In this document: in pieces, positions 14,676 to 24,414 of the stretch | Position numbering within the stretch: the first letter of the stretch is position 1 | How the letters are laid out: each line of letters begins with the position of its first letter | Assembly: GCA_016290135.1 (NCBI GenBank) | Contig: JAEESW010000006.1 | Location: forward strand, 27,670-91,669 | Direction of reading: 5' to 3' | Length of the DNA stretch: 64,000 nt | Source: a bacterium | GTDB lineage: Bacteria; UBP6; UBA1177 | Notes under the pieces: generated by a model | Seen by the model: only the letters and a program-made list of their open reading frames with translations | Told to the model about the DNA's origin: nothing | The model's database searches: none | Made by a program: the position numbers and the translations under genes

Positions 14676-16361
14676 TTATCTTACGCATCTAACATAGTTT
14701 ACATATGATGTAGGAGACTTGTTGATCTTTTTCACTCCGCCGTCTACGAAATTAACATACCACGCGTAAATAGTGGTACTGTATGAACACGTAGAAGAAG
14801 ACCAAAATTTATCCACATCGCCAAATTTACTTATTCTCTCTGCACTCGTCTGACCACATGATTCACAAAACGAATCGTAGCAGTCATAATCTAAACAGCC
14901 GTTGGTTGCACTAACTTTGCATTTCCCTCCAAGTTTTGTGTTGGAACAACCGTCTATAAGCGAGCGTAATTCATCAATAGTTGGGAATCTCCAATCGCCG
15001 AACTCACCTTCTGAAAGAGTTTCACAATAAGATTTAGCTTTATCCCAAGTCAAAGGTGACGCCGACTTTGCCAACCAAACAAAATTGGTTTCAGGATCTT
15101 TACAAGGAGTGATATTCAATGTGCTGCATAAAACTTCACATGATGATTTGTTCCAAGTTAAACCATCTTCACATCCGCATGAATATGTCATTGCATCTAC
15201 AGCGGTGCAGATTTCTGTCGAGTTGGCCACCCCAACACATGGATTCGATTCACACGGGTTTAAGCAACTGTCTCCGCTCCACAAAAAATCTGGTTCGCAT
15301 CCACATGAGTGTGTCTTTGCATTTACGGCAGTGCAAATTCCTGTTGAGTGTTCTACACTTTGACATGGGTTAGATTCACACGGATCAAGACATTCTGTGC
15401 CACTCCACAAGAAACCTTTCTCACATTCGCAGTAATAACTTAGATTTTCTGTAACACAAATGCCAGTAGAATTACTAAGATTTTTGCAGGGATTACTTAC
15501 ACAAGGATCTATAATGCATTCTGTTCCGTTCCATAAATAATTTTCGATGCATTTGAAACGACATTCTGTTGTACTCGGAGCGTCATAGTGAACAGCGTTC
15601 TCACTTGGTTTCCATTCTCTGCCGTCATAAGTCTGAGTTATAATTGAAACGGTATTCCATTCAGCATTTTCCGGCAAGCCTTGGCAATCAGTTGTTCTAG
15701 TAACACCTTTAGAGAGAACTGCCCTTACGGGTAGCTGTTTGTTACCATTATTCGATGTAATATGAATATGTGTTGTGTTTTCACCATTTTCGCCGCGTTC
15801 CAGAAGGCTGCGGTCAATATAAACAATCACAGCTTGATCCTTTTGAGAGACAAGCTCGCCTGATTCAGGAGTGACGGATGTAATCCACTTGGCTGAAAAA
15901 GATATTTCCCATTTAAGTTTTTCTCCACCCGCATTCCAGATGCGAAACTGACGGGAAACGACATCAAGCTTATCTCCAAAATCAAGTTCGGGCATATCAT
16001 TTCCATTGTCATCAATTACATGCAATTCAGGAGGAAGTTTCTTTAACGGGATATCTCTGCGTACTCTTTCACCTGATGCAAGAGTGACTGAAGTACTCGC
16101 TTCAGCATATCCGTCTTTTGTTACCTCAAGAGTATAGTCGTCAGCTAAGATATCATTGAACTCAAATTGACCGTCACTGCCAGTAACTTTTTTGTAAAAA
16201 CCAAGTTCAACACTGGCATCTTTAAGCGGTTCTCCTGTAACTTTGTCTGTTACGACGCCAAATATAGAAGCTGGCTTACTGGAACCAGAGCCACCGCAAC
16301 TACTAACAAAAAAAGCAAGAACCGCAAAAACTGCGGCTAAAAACATCGAAAAATTTTTCAT
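14676..16361 (-). CDS. lipoprotein with a CarboxypepD_reg-like domain, an Ig-like region, three EGF-like repeats and a Fib_succ_major domain
   Basis: FFVSSCGG is a lipobox. IFGVVTDKVTGEPLKDASVEL...YTLEVTKDGY is the carboxypeptidase-regulatory-like fold. It is followed by three copies of ~40 aa of the form (D/N)PC(E/V)SNPC...S(T/E)GICTAV(N/D)A...(S/Y)CGCE...W(S/N)G..C. The C-terminus reads GDWRFPTIDELRSLIDGC...YVRCVR. Confidence 0.75.
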   Translation of the reverse strand: MKNFSMFLAAVFAVLAFFVSSCGGSGSSKPASIFGVVTDKVTGEPLKDASVELGFYKKVTGSDGQFEFNDILADDYTLEVTKDGYAEASTSVTLASGERVRRDIPLKKLPPELHVIDDNGNDMPELDFGDKLDVVSRQFRIWNAGGEKLKWEISFSAKWITSVTPESGELVSQKDQAVIVYIDRSLLERGENGENTTHIHITSNNGNKQLPVRAVLSKGVTRTTDCQGLPENAEWNTVSIITQTYDGREWKPSENAVHYDAPSTTECRFKCIENYLWNGTECIIDPCVSNPCKNLSNSTGICVTENLSYYCECEKGFLWSGTECLDPCESNPCQSVEHSTGICTAVNAKTHSCGCEPDFLWSGDSCLNPCESNPCVGVANSTEICTAVDAMTYSCGCEDGLTWNKSSCEVLCSTLNITPCKDPETNFVWLAKSASPLTWDKAKSYCETLSEGEFGDWRFPTIDELRSLIDGCSNTKLGGKCKVSATNGCLDYDCYDSFCESCGQTSAERISKFGDVDKFWSSSTCSYSTTIYAWYVNFVDGGVKKINKSPTSYVNYVRCVR

Positions 16362-16395
16362 GGTTCTGCCTCCTGTATTTTGATTTATTGCCAAA

Positions 16396-17064
16396 CTACT
16401 CGAGCCTTACAGTATGCTCTATTGTATGTTTTACTTGTTCGCTCTCGGTTCCCGTGTCAAAATTTTGAACCATTTTATCTATTTCTTCTGAAGAATCAGA
16501 ATTGTATTCTTCAGGAATCAAGTCAGCAGTCACTTTCTTTAATGCATCGGCAACATCTTTTCTGGGGATTTTAACACCTAAATATATGTTCGACCTGCCA
16601 TTTTTATCGGCATAATGATCATGCGACACGCAAACTGCATTTGTTCCTTCCAACCCCTTAGGCATATATCCAGTATTTTTCTGATGATCACGCTGCATTA
16701 TCAATGTTCGCAGAGCTTTCTTGTATTCAACTGCCATCTTGTTACATGTTTCAACATATTTTTTACTGTTAATAAGGAAACTACAGTAGTCCCTAACCAA
16801 TTCTCTTGCTACATGTTCGACTTTAAATAAACACATTTCCTGTGCCTGCATAAGAGCTTTTTGAAGAGCTTCATCTTCACGAGTTTCAGTAGTTTCAACA
16901 ATTCCTGTACAGGCAAAAAAGTCCGTGCCAGCATCCGGCATAGAGCAAGGAATGCCGACTAAAGATTCTCCCGGATCCCTCAATCTAGGTTCAGAAACAG
17001 TTTGTGGTTGAGCACACGATGAAATTAAGAAAACAAAAATTATCGTGGAAAACAAATGTTTCAT
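16396..17064 (-). CDS. lipoprotein of the second paralogous family
   Basis: FLISSCAQ is a lipobox. It contains PDAGTDFFACTGIVETTETREDEALQKALMQAQEMC...NIYLGVKIPRKDVADALKK. The pattern is shared with 21601, 27791, 28501 and 29706. Confidence 0.6.
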   Translation of the reverse strand: MKHLFSTIIFVFLISSCAQPQTVSEPRLRDPGESLVGIPCSMPDAGTDFFACTGIVETTETREDEALQKALMQAQEMCLFKVEHVARELVRDYCSFLINSKKYVETCNKMAVEYKKALRTLIMQRDHQKNTGYMPKGLEGTNAVCVSHDHYADKNGRSNIYLGVKIPRKDVADALKKVTADLIPEEYNSDSSEEIDKMVQNFDTGTESEQVKHTIEHTVRLE

Positions 17065-17087
17065 CTGAAGACTCCAATATTCCTTTT

Positions 17088-17417
17088 TCAATCTCTTTTT
17101 CTAATAACGATGTCTCGACGCACCTTCTTGTCTTCCACAGTGATGTCAACTCTGTTTGTTAAGTATTCGACCTTGGAAGCAAAAATGGTGTATTGTCCAG
17201 GTTCAAGATCATTGAATTCAAACATCCCATCATAATCAGTCAAAGCCGCTTGTTCTCCAGGAACAAGCCTAATCTCGACATTTGGTATAGCTGCACCGTT
17301 GTCGAAATCCGTCACATAACCATAAATCCCGCCCGTCTCACCTTCCGATCCACCGCAAGCGACAAAAACCGAGCTAAGAATCAAAACCAAAAACATTGAA
17401 ATAATTGCTTTTTTCAT
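17088..17417 (-). CDS. small lipoprotein with a carboxypeptidase-regulatory-like domain
   Basis: The start is MKKAIISMFLVLILSSVFVACGG. It contains IYGYVTDFDNGAAIPNVEIRLVP...YDGMFEFNDLEPGQYTIFASKVEY. Confidence 0.6.
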   Translation of the reverse strand: MKKAIISMFLVLILSSVFVACGGSEGETGGIYGYVTDFDNGAAIPNVEIRLVPGEQAALTDYDGMFEFNDLEPGQYTIFASKVEYLTNRVDITVEDKKVRRDIVIRKRD

Positions 17418-17447
17418 TATTTTTCCTTGTTTCATGTTGTTCCTCAC

Positions 17448-18218
17448 CTAATCCGCAGTTCTTACACAACGGACATAGAAGGAACTTGACTTATCGTAGC
17501 TGCCGTTGACATACCCATCAACGAAACCAACGGGCCACGCGCTATCTGAATGATCTGAACTAGTCGAAGACGACCAAAGCCAAATATTATCATCATCCCC
17601 AAGTTTGCTGTAATAACCGCCGTTGTTTTTTCTAATTTCACAATGACATGAACCGGAGGGTTGCCAATCATTAATTGATAAATGTCCGTGTTTCTCACTG
17701 ACCTTGCACTCTCCGCCGGGCTCTGTTTTAGAGCAGTTTCTGATTGTTGTCCTAAGTTCGTCAATATTCGGCAGTCTCCAGTCGGTAAAACCGCCTTCGG
17801 AAAGATTTTCACAGTATTGTTTCGCACTGTTCCAGTTCATTTTGTTTGACGAGCGGTCTGACCAGATCAAGTTACCGATTTTTTTTGCTTTTTTCATATT
17901 CACTTTTGCTTCGAAATTGCACTTGCCGTTAGGAAAATTTTTCAAATATTGCTCCCACCCTACAAAACTGTTTTGCTCTCTTGCCTCATTGCAGGCAGTC
18001 TGATCTTTTGAGTCCGAATCACTTTGCAATGCTGCCTTTGCTTCAGCAGAACATTCACCGTTCGGAAAGTTTTCAAGGTAGAATTTCCAAGTTTCGACAT
18101 TAGAGTCTTTCCTCGCAAATTCGCACGCATTAAGGTCATCGTTGCTCTGTGCAGAAAGATTAATGACAAAAACCAACAAAGCACCTGAAACCAGTGAAAT
18201 CAATAAAACTTTCTTCAT
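17448..18218 (-). CDS. secreted Fib_succ_major-domain protein with two tandem N-terminal two-Cys motifs
   Basis: It contains DLNACEFARKDSNVETWKFYLENFPNGECSAEAKAA and DQTACNEAREQNSFVGWEQYLKNFPNGKCNFEAKVN, followed by TDWRLPNIDELRTTIRNC...YVRCVR. Confidence 0.75.
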   Translation of the reverse strand: MKKVLLISLVSGALLVFVINLSAQSNDDLNACEFARKDSNVETWKFYLENFPNGECSAEAKAALQSDSDSKDQTACNEAREQNSFVGWEQYLKNFPNGKCNFEAKVNMKKAKKIGNLIWSDRSSNKMNWNSAKQYCENLSEGGFTDWRLPNIDELRTTIRNCSKTEPGGECKVSEKHGHLSINDWQPSGSCHCEIRKNNGGYYSKLGDDDNIWLWSSSTSSDHSDSAWPVGFVDGYVNGSYDKSSSFYVRCVRTAD

Positions 18219-18245
18219 TTTTTCCTCCTTATTTATTTAAAATCA

Positions 18246-21200
18246 CTATCTGACACAACGAACATCATGGTTGCCAGTCTTACTGCCATCGCCATAGTTA
18301 AGTACCCGTCCGTTTGTGAAAAGCACATACCATGCGTATCGTGTATTGCCCACATAGGTAGATGAAGACCAGAAAGATGAACTCGGCATACCGGGGAAAT
18401 ACGAATAAGAATAACTTGATTCGAAGTTTACCAAAGATGCCACTTCATGTTTATTAGGAAGTCTCCAGTCGGTATATCCGGCAGAATCCAAGTTCTCACA
18501 ATATTCCAAAGCCTGCTGCCATGTTTTATTTGAAACATAGTCTTTCTGCCACATGAGTCCGGTTCTATTATCTGTAACCGTCAAGCCGTCTGACGATGTC
18601 GTAAAATCGTTTGATACCGCAGGTTTCATCTCTTCTCCGCTGACACAAAGAACTTTTTGCGGGGCAGTTTTTGTGCCATAGTCATACCATGACCGACTGT
18701 AACAGTAAGCAACGTTTGTGTGACCTTTATATTCGTTGTTTGTCCACAAGCATACACTGTTGTCTGTCGGCATTCCGGTGAAATTCGAGTTTGTTGCAGG
18801 ATTATATTTGCTGTTGTCAACTATTGTGAGAAATTCAAGCGGATTCGGAACACGCCAGTTGCTCTTTCCTCCGTAATTCGAGATGTTGAGCTCGCTGCAG
18901 TGTGTTGCTCGGTTCTCCCAAGTGTATGTTTCTTCCGACGGTGTCGGCTCCCATGTGAGGCCGGTATTGTTATCGACCACAACTTCTTGTGATGAAATTG
19001 TTTTAACAGCGAAACTCTGCGTGGTGCATTTGCCAAGGTTCGCATAATATACATCCTGACCAAAGAAATCGGCACTTTCAGATGTTGGACAGGTGATTTC
19101 TTCTTCGTTGCTGTAGCATTTTGTCTGGCCAGTGCATATTCTGCCAAGCGTTACCACACACAGTTCTCCATTCCACCAATACCCTGAATTGCATACAAAT
19201 GTACACGTTCCGGCAGTGCTGTTTTGAGTTGCCGTGTAAACAGGTATCCATGCTGAACCATCCCATGTTTGAGTATAGTTTGTTGTACCATTCCACTGTG
19301 CATTTGTCGGAAGTCCTATGCAATCTATAGTTCTTGTTTCTCCGACAAGAAGACACATTGAAGAATCTACGTCGTATTTATATTCGCCGTCGCATTTAAA
19401 GTGGCATTCGCTTGTGCTCGGTGTTTCATTGTATTCTGTGATGTTTGATGGCAACCATGCTGTGGTGTGAGGCCAGCCATCATCATCTACTGTGAATGTC
19501 TGGGTAATGCTTGAAACCGTGTTGTAGCTTGCATGATCAGTAATCTCTGAACAGTTTACTACTCTGGTATCACCTTCTGTCACACAAAGGCTCATTGAAT
19601 CATCCCACCAATAGTTATCTATGCATATAAAACGACACTCGCTCTCACTGGCTGTTTCATTGTAACTTCCTATCGTTGATGGCTGCCAGTTCTCACCGTT
19701 CCAAGTTTGTTTTATACTGGAAACCGTGTTCCACTTAGCGTTTGCAGGAAGACCTGTACAGTCAGAAGTTTTTGTGTCAGCAATGCATCCATACGAAAAT
19801 AAGTTATTCTTCCATGTATAATTCGTTTTGCATTTATATCTGCATTCCGTTGTGCTTGCAGTCTCGTTATAGACCCCCGCAGTGTCAGGGAACCATTCCT
19901 CGCCGTCATAAGTCTGAGTTATACTTGGAACTGTGTTCCACTCTGCGTTTTCCGCCAGGTCGGTGCAGGCTGCTGTCCGCGTAGGAGCTATAATACACTG
20001 GTTCTCGCTCCAGATGTAGCCTGTTGTGCAGATATATTTGCAAGTTCCTGCTGTTTTGCTGTAACTTGACGCATAACTTGTCGGAGTCCATGCAGAACCG
20101 TTCCAAGTCTGAGTGAATTTGCCGTTCATATCGTTATCATTCCATATTGTATTTGCCGGTTTTGATGAACAGTTCTCCTCCTTCGTGTCAGCAACACACT
20201 TTTGAGTTGAGCTGTTCCAAGTGTAATTCGTTTTGCAATTATACCTGCATTCGCTCTCACTGGCTGTTTCATTGTAACTTCCTTTCGTTGTCGGTTGCCA
20301 GCTTGAGCCGTTCCACGTCTGGGTTATTGATGAAGCCGTGTTCCACTGAGCGTTTGAAGGAAGTCCTGTACAGTTTGCAGTTTTTGTGTCCGCAACACAC
20401 TGCGAGTTCTTCCATGAATAGTTAGTTTTGCATTTATAGCGGCACTCCGTTGTGCTCGCAGTCTCGTTATAGACACCCGTAGTGCCAGGAAACCATTCCT
20501 CGCCGTCATAAGTCTGGGTTATACTTGAAACTGTGTTCCACTGCGCATTCGCAATCAATCCAGTACAGCTCGCAGTCTGCGTAGGAGCTGTAACACATTG
20601 GTTCTCGCTCCAGACATAGCCTGTGGTGCAAATATATTTGCAGAGTCCTGCTGTTTTGCTGAATTCTGAAACATAAGTCGCTGGAGCCCAGTCTGATCCA
20701 TCCCAAGTCTGAGTAAATTTACCATCGGCATCGTTGTCATTCCAAACAGTGTTTTCTGGTTTTGATGAACAGTCGGCACTTCTTGTATCGGCTGCGCAAG
20801 CACTTCCGTTCCATGTATAGTTTGTTCCGCATACATATTTGCAAGTTCCTGCTGTTTCGCTGTAATCCGAAGCATAAGTTGCAGGGAGCCATGCTGAACC
20901 GCTCCATGTCTGCGTAAATTTGCCGTTTGCTCCGTTATCGTTCCAAACGGTGTTTGACGGCTTTTCATCACACGCCGCGTTTCTAGTGTCTGCTACGCAC
21001 TCCGAATCGTTCCATGTGTAGTTTATTGCACATTTGAATCTACACTCTGTTTCGCTTGATTCTTCATTATACATGCCTTTTGCCGAAGGCGCCCACTCAC
21101 TTCCGTTCCATGTCTGCTCAATTTCACCGGCTTTGTTCCATTCTGCGTTTTCAGGAAGATCTTCACATTCTTTTGTTCTCGTATCTGGAACACAGTCGTC

Positions 21201-21590
21201 ACCGGAATAATTTTCTTTGCAAACGCAGGAATAACTGCCCTTTTCATTCGCGCAGATGCTCACTGCGTTATTACATTTGTTGAGCGATGGATCTGCACAT
21301 TCGTCAATGTCAACACATTCGTTGTCGGAATTTAAAGCATAACCGTTTTCGCACTTGCATTTATAATCCTCATCTCCTTCTCCGGTATTTTTGCATTTTC
21401 CGTGTATACCGCAGGGATTATCCTTGCATGGATTGAAACACTTTGAACCGTTCCAAAATCCTTCTGTCTTCTCGCATTCTTCTCTGTCGAAAGCCAAAGC
21501 TATATTTTCACTGTTGTCTGCAACACTGCTGCAAGAGACAAGAATCAGGCTGAAAATCAAAAACAAAAATGTTACAATCATTGCTTTCAT
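18246..21590 (-). CDS. giant (1114-aa) lipoprotein with N-terminal EGF-like modules, about 10 degenerate ~60-aa repeats and two C-terminal Fib_succ_major-like domains
   Basis: LILVSCSS is a lipobox. CxNxCxxxxCGxxGxC is EGF-like. The repeats have the form TQTW(N/D)GS.W.P......(E/Y).(A/T)...(S/T)EC(R/K)(Y/F).C..NY.W.....C(V/I)ADT. The C-terminus has SNWRVPNPLEFLTIVD and TDWRLPNKHEVASLVNF ... HDVRCVR. Confidence 0.75.
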   Translation of the reverse strand: MKAMIVTFLFLIFSLILVSCSSVADNSENIALAFDREECEKTEGFWNGSKCFNPCKDNPCGIHGKCKNTGEGDEDYKCKCENGYALNSDNECVDIDECADPSLNKCNNAVSICANEKGSYSCVCKENYSGDDCVPDTRTKECEDLPENAEWNKAGEIEQTWNGSEWAPSAKGMYNEESSETECRFKCAINYTWNDSECVADTRNAACDEKPSNTVWNDNGANGKFTQTWSGSAWLPATYASDYSETAGTCKYVCGTNYTWNGSACAADTRSADCSSKPENTVWNDNDADGKFTQTWDGSDWAPATYVSEFSKTAGLCKYICTTGYVWSENQCVTAPTQTASCTGLIANAQWNTVSSITQTYDGEEWFPGTTGVYNETASTTECRYKCKTNYSWKNSQCVADTKTANCTGLPSNAQWNTASSITQTWNGSSWQPTTKGSYNETASESECRYNCKTNYTWNSSTQKCVADTKEENCSSKPANTIWNDNDMNGKFTQTWNGSAWTPTSYASSYSKTAGTCKYICTTGYIWSENQCIIAPTRTAACTDLAENAEWNTVPSITQTYDGEEWFPDTAGVYNETASTTECRYKCKTNYTWKNNLFSYGCIADTKTSDCTGLPANAKWNTVSSIKQTWNGENWQPSTIGSYNETASESECRFICIDNYWWDDSMSLCVTEGDTRVVNCSEITDHASYNTVSSITQTFTVDDDGWPHTTAWLPSNITEYNETPSTSECHFKCDGEYKYDVDSSMCLLVGETRTIDCIGLPTNAQWNGTTNYTQTWDGSAWIPVYTATQNSTAGTCTFVCNSGYWWNGELCVVTLGRICTGQTKCYSNEEEITCPTSESADFFGQDVYYANLGKCTTQSFAVKTISSQEVVVDNNTGLTWEPTPSEETYTWENRATHCSELNISNYGGKSNWRVPNPLEFLTIVDNSKYNPATNSNFTGMPTDNSVCLWTNNEYKGHTNVAYCYSRSWYDYGTKTAPQKVLCVSGEEMKPAVSNDFTTSSDGLTVTDNRTGLMWQKDYVSNKTWQQALEYCENLDSAGYTDWRLPNKHEVASLVNFESSYSYSYFPGMPSSSFWSSSTYVGNTRYAWYVLFTNGRVLNYGDGSKTGNHDVRCVR

Positions 21591-21600
21591 GATTATGCCC

Positions 21601-22707
21601 CTAAAAATCGAAACTCAGTGAAGCAAAGAATCCTTTTTCAACAGGCACGAAGGAAACACTTTTTATTTTTTTATTCATAAGGTGATTCCTTTTTTTGATT
21701 CCGACTATCGTCAGAGTTACACCCGTTATTGCAACCGCTCCTCCGACGACTCCGCTTGTTATAGCAAGATTCCTATAAAGATTTGACTTGTCGCGGTGTT
21801 TATCGGCTCTGTTTATGTAAGCAGCTTTATCCTCACCGTTGTTTACAGCATTCTCGATTGCCACAGATGTTGCCATACTGTTATATTTATCATGCTCTCT
21901 GTCGGATTCAATGAAAAACCCGGCAAGTCCTCCGGCTGCAATGGCTGTCCCTATTACTATAAGCGATATTCCGCTGTTTTTAATCTCCCTGGCTTGTTTT
22001 AGTGCTTTGGCAGCACCAGGTTTTACTTTTAATAACTTTAGAAGATTTTTTGCACTTTCTATATGCTCGTGGTTTTCACTTGGGAATCTGTAAAGATAAC
22101 TTTCCAAACACTCCTCACTAGGATTGTCAACACATTCGTTATATGCTGATTTCTCTTCTTCAAAATGCTCTGTCGTTCTTTTTATGTATTCATTTTTGTT
22201 AAAATCGATTTGAGTTTTTTCTTCATCAGTCAGGAGATCGTTAAATTTATCTGCCAATTTTTGGACGAAATCTCTCTTGGAAATTCTTATTCCGATATAA
22301 GCTTCAATATTTCCATTGGAATCGACAGTAGAGAATTCGCTACATTTAACCTCTGCAGCACCTATTTCAGCATCAATAATCTGCTCGCCCGCCTGAGTGA
22401 TTTTTGTTTCGATATTGTTGCCTGAACTCTGAGAAAAGTCGCTTATCATACCTTTGTATGTATGAAGCATTTTCATGCGGCACTCGTTTTGAGCACTGGC
22501 AAGCGCCAAATTCTTAACAGATCCTTTATCAGCTTCCGATCCTTTATAAATTCCATTGCATCCAAAAAATTGTTCATCATCATAAACCCGACACGTGGCT
22601 TCAAAGGATTGGGCAAACGAACCTTCTCCAGATTTATGTTGCACGGAGGCACACGATACAATAAAGAAAACAAAAAACAAAAAGAATAAAACTATGATTT
22701 TTTTCAT
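21601..22707 (-). CDS. second-family lipoprotein with a C-terminal Gly-rich hydrophobic region
   Basis: FFIVSCAS is a lipobox. It contains YDDEQFFGCNGIYKGSEADKG...ALASAQNECRMK...EVKCSEFS...NIEAYIGIRISKRDFVQKLADK. The C-terminus has two Gly/Ala-rich hydrophobic stretches. Confidence 0.6.
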   Translation of the reverse strand: MKKIIVLFFLFFVFFIVSCASVQHKSGEGSFAQSFEATCRVYDDEQFFGCNGIYKGSEADKGSVKNLALASAQNECRMKMLHTYKGMISDFSQSSGNNIETKITQAGEQIIDAEIGAAEVKCSEFSTVDSNGNIEAYIGIRISKRDFVQKLADKFNDLLTDEEKTQIDFNKNEYIKRTTEHFEEEKSAYNECVDNPSEECLESYLYRFPSENHEHIESAKNLLKLLKVKPGAAKALKQAREIKNSGISLIVIGTAIAAGGLAGFFIESDREHDKYNSMATSVAIENAVNNGEDKAAYINRADKHRDKSNLYRNLAITSGVVGGAVAITGVTLTIVGIKKRNHLMNKKIKSVSFVPVEKGFFASLSFDF

Positions 22708-22742
22708 TTCTCCAATTTATCCCTCGCACATCAATTTATTTC

Positions 22743-24359
22743 CTATATATGAATTATTGTTGCGCTCGAATTCTGGTATTGAGGCATGCATTCACCCACA
22801 GGAGCACCGATGTAAGTCGGGTCAGAAATAACATATTTTTTGCCGTCTATGTTGAAGTAGCTGCCGTAAACTTCTTCATTCCCGAAATTGACGGCGGTTG
22901 CCAGGTGCTGCGGATAGAGAAGCAGCACGACATCGAGGCCGAGAAGTTCTCTTACCAAAATCGCAAACAGAATAGAACGGTCCTCGCAATCAGAATATGG
23001 ATAATAGAAGATCTCGTCGCCGAAAAGAGGTCTTTCATAGCCGAACTGGTCCCCATCAGTCATGTAATTAAAAGCAGTCTGCACGAAATTGATCAGAATG
23101 TTAGCCGCTTCGAGTTTGGTTTTGCCATTGATTTGCGCTCTGAGTACAGGATAAAGAGCATTTTTTATTTCGTCGCTCAAGGAAGTTCTGACATAATCAT
23201 CCCAATTGCTGCTAACAGGATAATCGTTGAAAAAGTCAATCAGATTTTTATTTGTCAAAACCTGAGCGAAAGTATCCTGATATCTTCTTGACTGGAAGAG
23301 TTTCTGAGTTCCAATTTCCTGACCCAGTCTGGGAGTTCCCGGCATTTTCAGCGATGCAGTTTTTTCACGCGGGAAACTCTGCTCCATTATATAGTAGTAA
23401 CGGCTCTGACCACGCCCCTCTCTGTCAAGGATGTAATATTTTTTGCCGTCACCCAACATGAAGTAGGAATACGTATAAAGATCGGTTCTGAAGGGCACCA
23501 ACAGAATAAGTTTATCACCGGTTCTGGCAAGGCGGACTTTATATCCCGACTGAGCTAAGATATACATCTGCAAAAGAACAGCTTCATTGCTTTCTTTGCC
23601 TAAGAAATGCTCGCTCATGACACGCAGCATATCGATATAACCCCAGTCTCCAAGCCTCAGATCATCTTTCAGATCGAAACAGTCAGACAGAAGCATGTCA
23701 AAATCTTCCTCTGACAACTTCTTCCAAACCTCCGAAATAGCAGTTTCCGAAACTTCCGGCAGTGAAAAACGCATCGAATCATAAAAGCTGGCCTTGCAGG
23801 TTCTTCCGTGATAAACAAAGTTATACGGCTGCTCAATAGTAATAGTAATTTGCATTTGTCCTGCATCTTCCGACTCCATTATCGGGTCTCCACCGGCATT
23901 TCTCTGCATAATCGGATCTCCTCCAGCAACCGGTTTGGCAACAGGTGCAATAGGTGCCGGATTGTCATAATCTCCGTCATTTACAATTTTTGCATAGCTC
24001 AATTTGACAGCGGGAGACTGCTTATCATCTTTTTTTACATAAGGTTTTGGCGGCTCTTTTTTCTTTGGAACAGGAATAGCAGCCTTTTTTTCGCGCTTCG
24101 TCCACTGCTTTTTCAACATTTCCGCGAACTTTTCGTTCACGGAACGCCTGTAGGCATCAAATTCCTGCTGCTTTTTTGTTTTGAACTTTTTGTATTTTTC
24201 CAGCTGCTTCTGCTCATAATTTTTTCTTTTCTGAGCTTCCTCTTTCTTAAATGCTTCCAGTTCTTTGGCCTGTTTTGTCTGAAAGTCTTTAAAACCATCG
24301 GAATAAATCGGACTGATTAAAAAACTTGCGCAAATTGCGAATAAAATGACTTTTTTCAT
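22743..24359 (-). CDS. secreted protein with an N-terminal coiled-coil/K-E-rich region and a putative transglutaminase-like C-terminal domain
   Basis: It has a signal peptide. KELEAFKKEEAQKRKNYEQKQLEKYKKFK is predicted coiled coil. The C-terminus reads ...YYPYSDCEDRSILFAILVRELLGLDVVLLLYPQHLATAV...YVISDPTY. This gives a Cys...His...Asp spacing reminiscent of the transglutaminase-like core. Confidence 0.45.
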   Translation of the reverse strand: MKKVILFAICASFLISPIYSDGFKDFQTKQAKELEAFKKEEAQKRKNYEQKQLEKYKKFKTKKQQEFDAYRRSVNEKFAEMLKKQWTKREKKAAIPVPKKKEPPKPYVKKDDKQSPAVKLSYAKIVNDGDYDNPAPIAPVAKPVAGGDPIMQRNAGGDPIMESEDAGQMQITITIEQPYNFVYHGRTCKASFYDSMRFSLPEVSETAISEVWKKLSEEDFDMLLSDCFDLKDDLRLGDWGYIDMLRVMSEHFLGKESNEAVLLQMYILAQSGYKVRLARTGDKLILLVPFRTDLYTYSYFMLGDGKKYYILDREGRGQSRYYYIMEQSFPREKTASLKMPGTPRLGQEIGTQKLFQSRRYQDTFAQVLTNKNLIDFFNDYPVSSNWDDYVRTSLSDEIKNALYPVLRAQINGKTKLEAANILINFVQTAFNYMTDGDQFGYERPLFGDEIFYYPYSDCEDRSILFAILVRELLGLDVVLLLYPQHLATAVNFGNEEVYGSYFNIDGKKYVISDPTYIGAPVGECMPQYQNSSATIIHI

Positions 24360-24414
24360 GACATTTCCTTAGTAGTTCAATTTATAAAATTTTTCTCTTT
24401 TTGTAGCATTTTTT

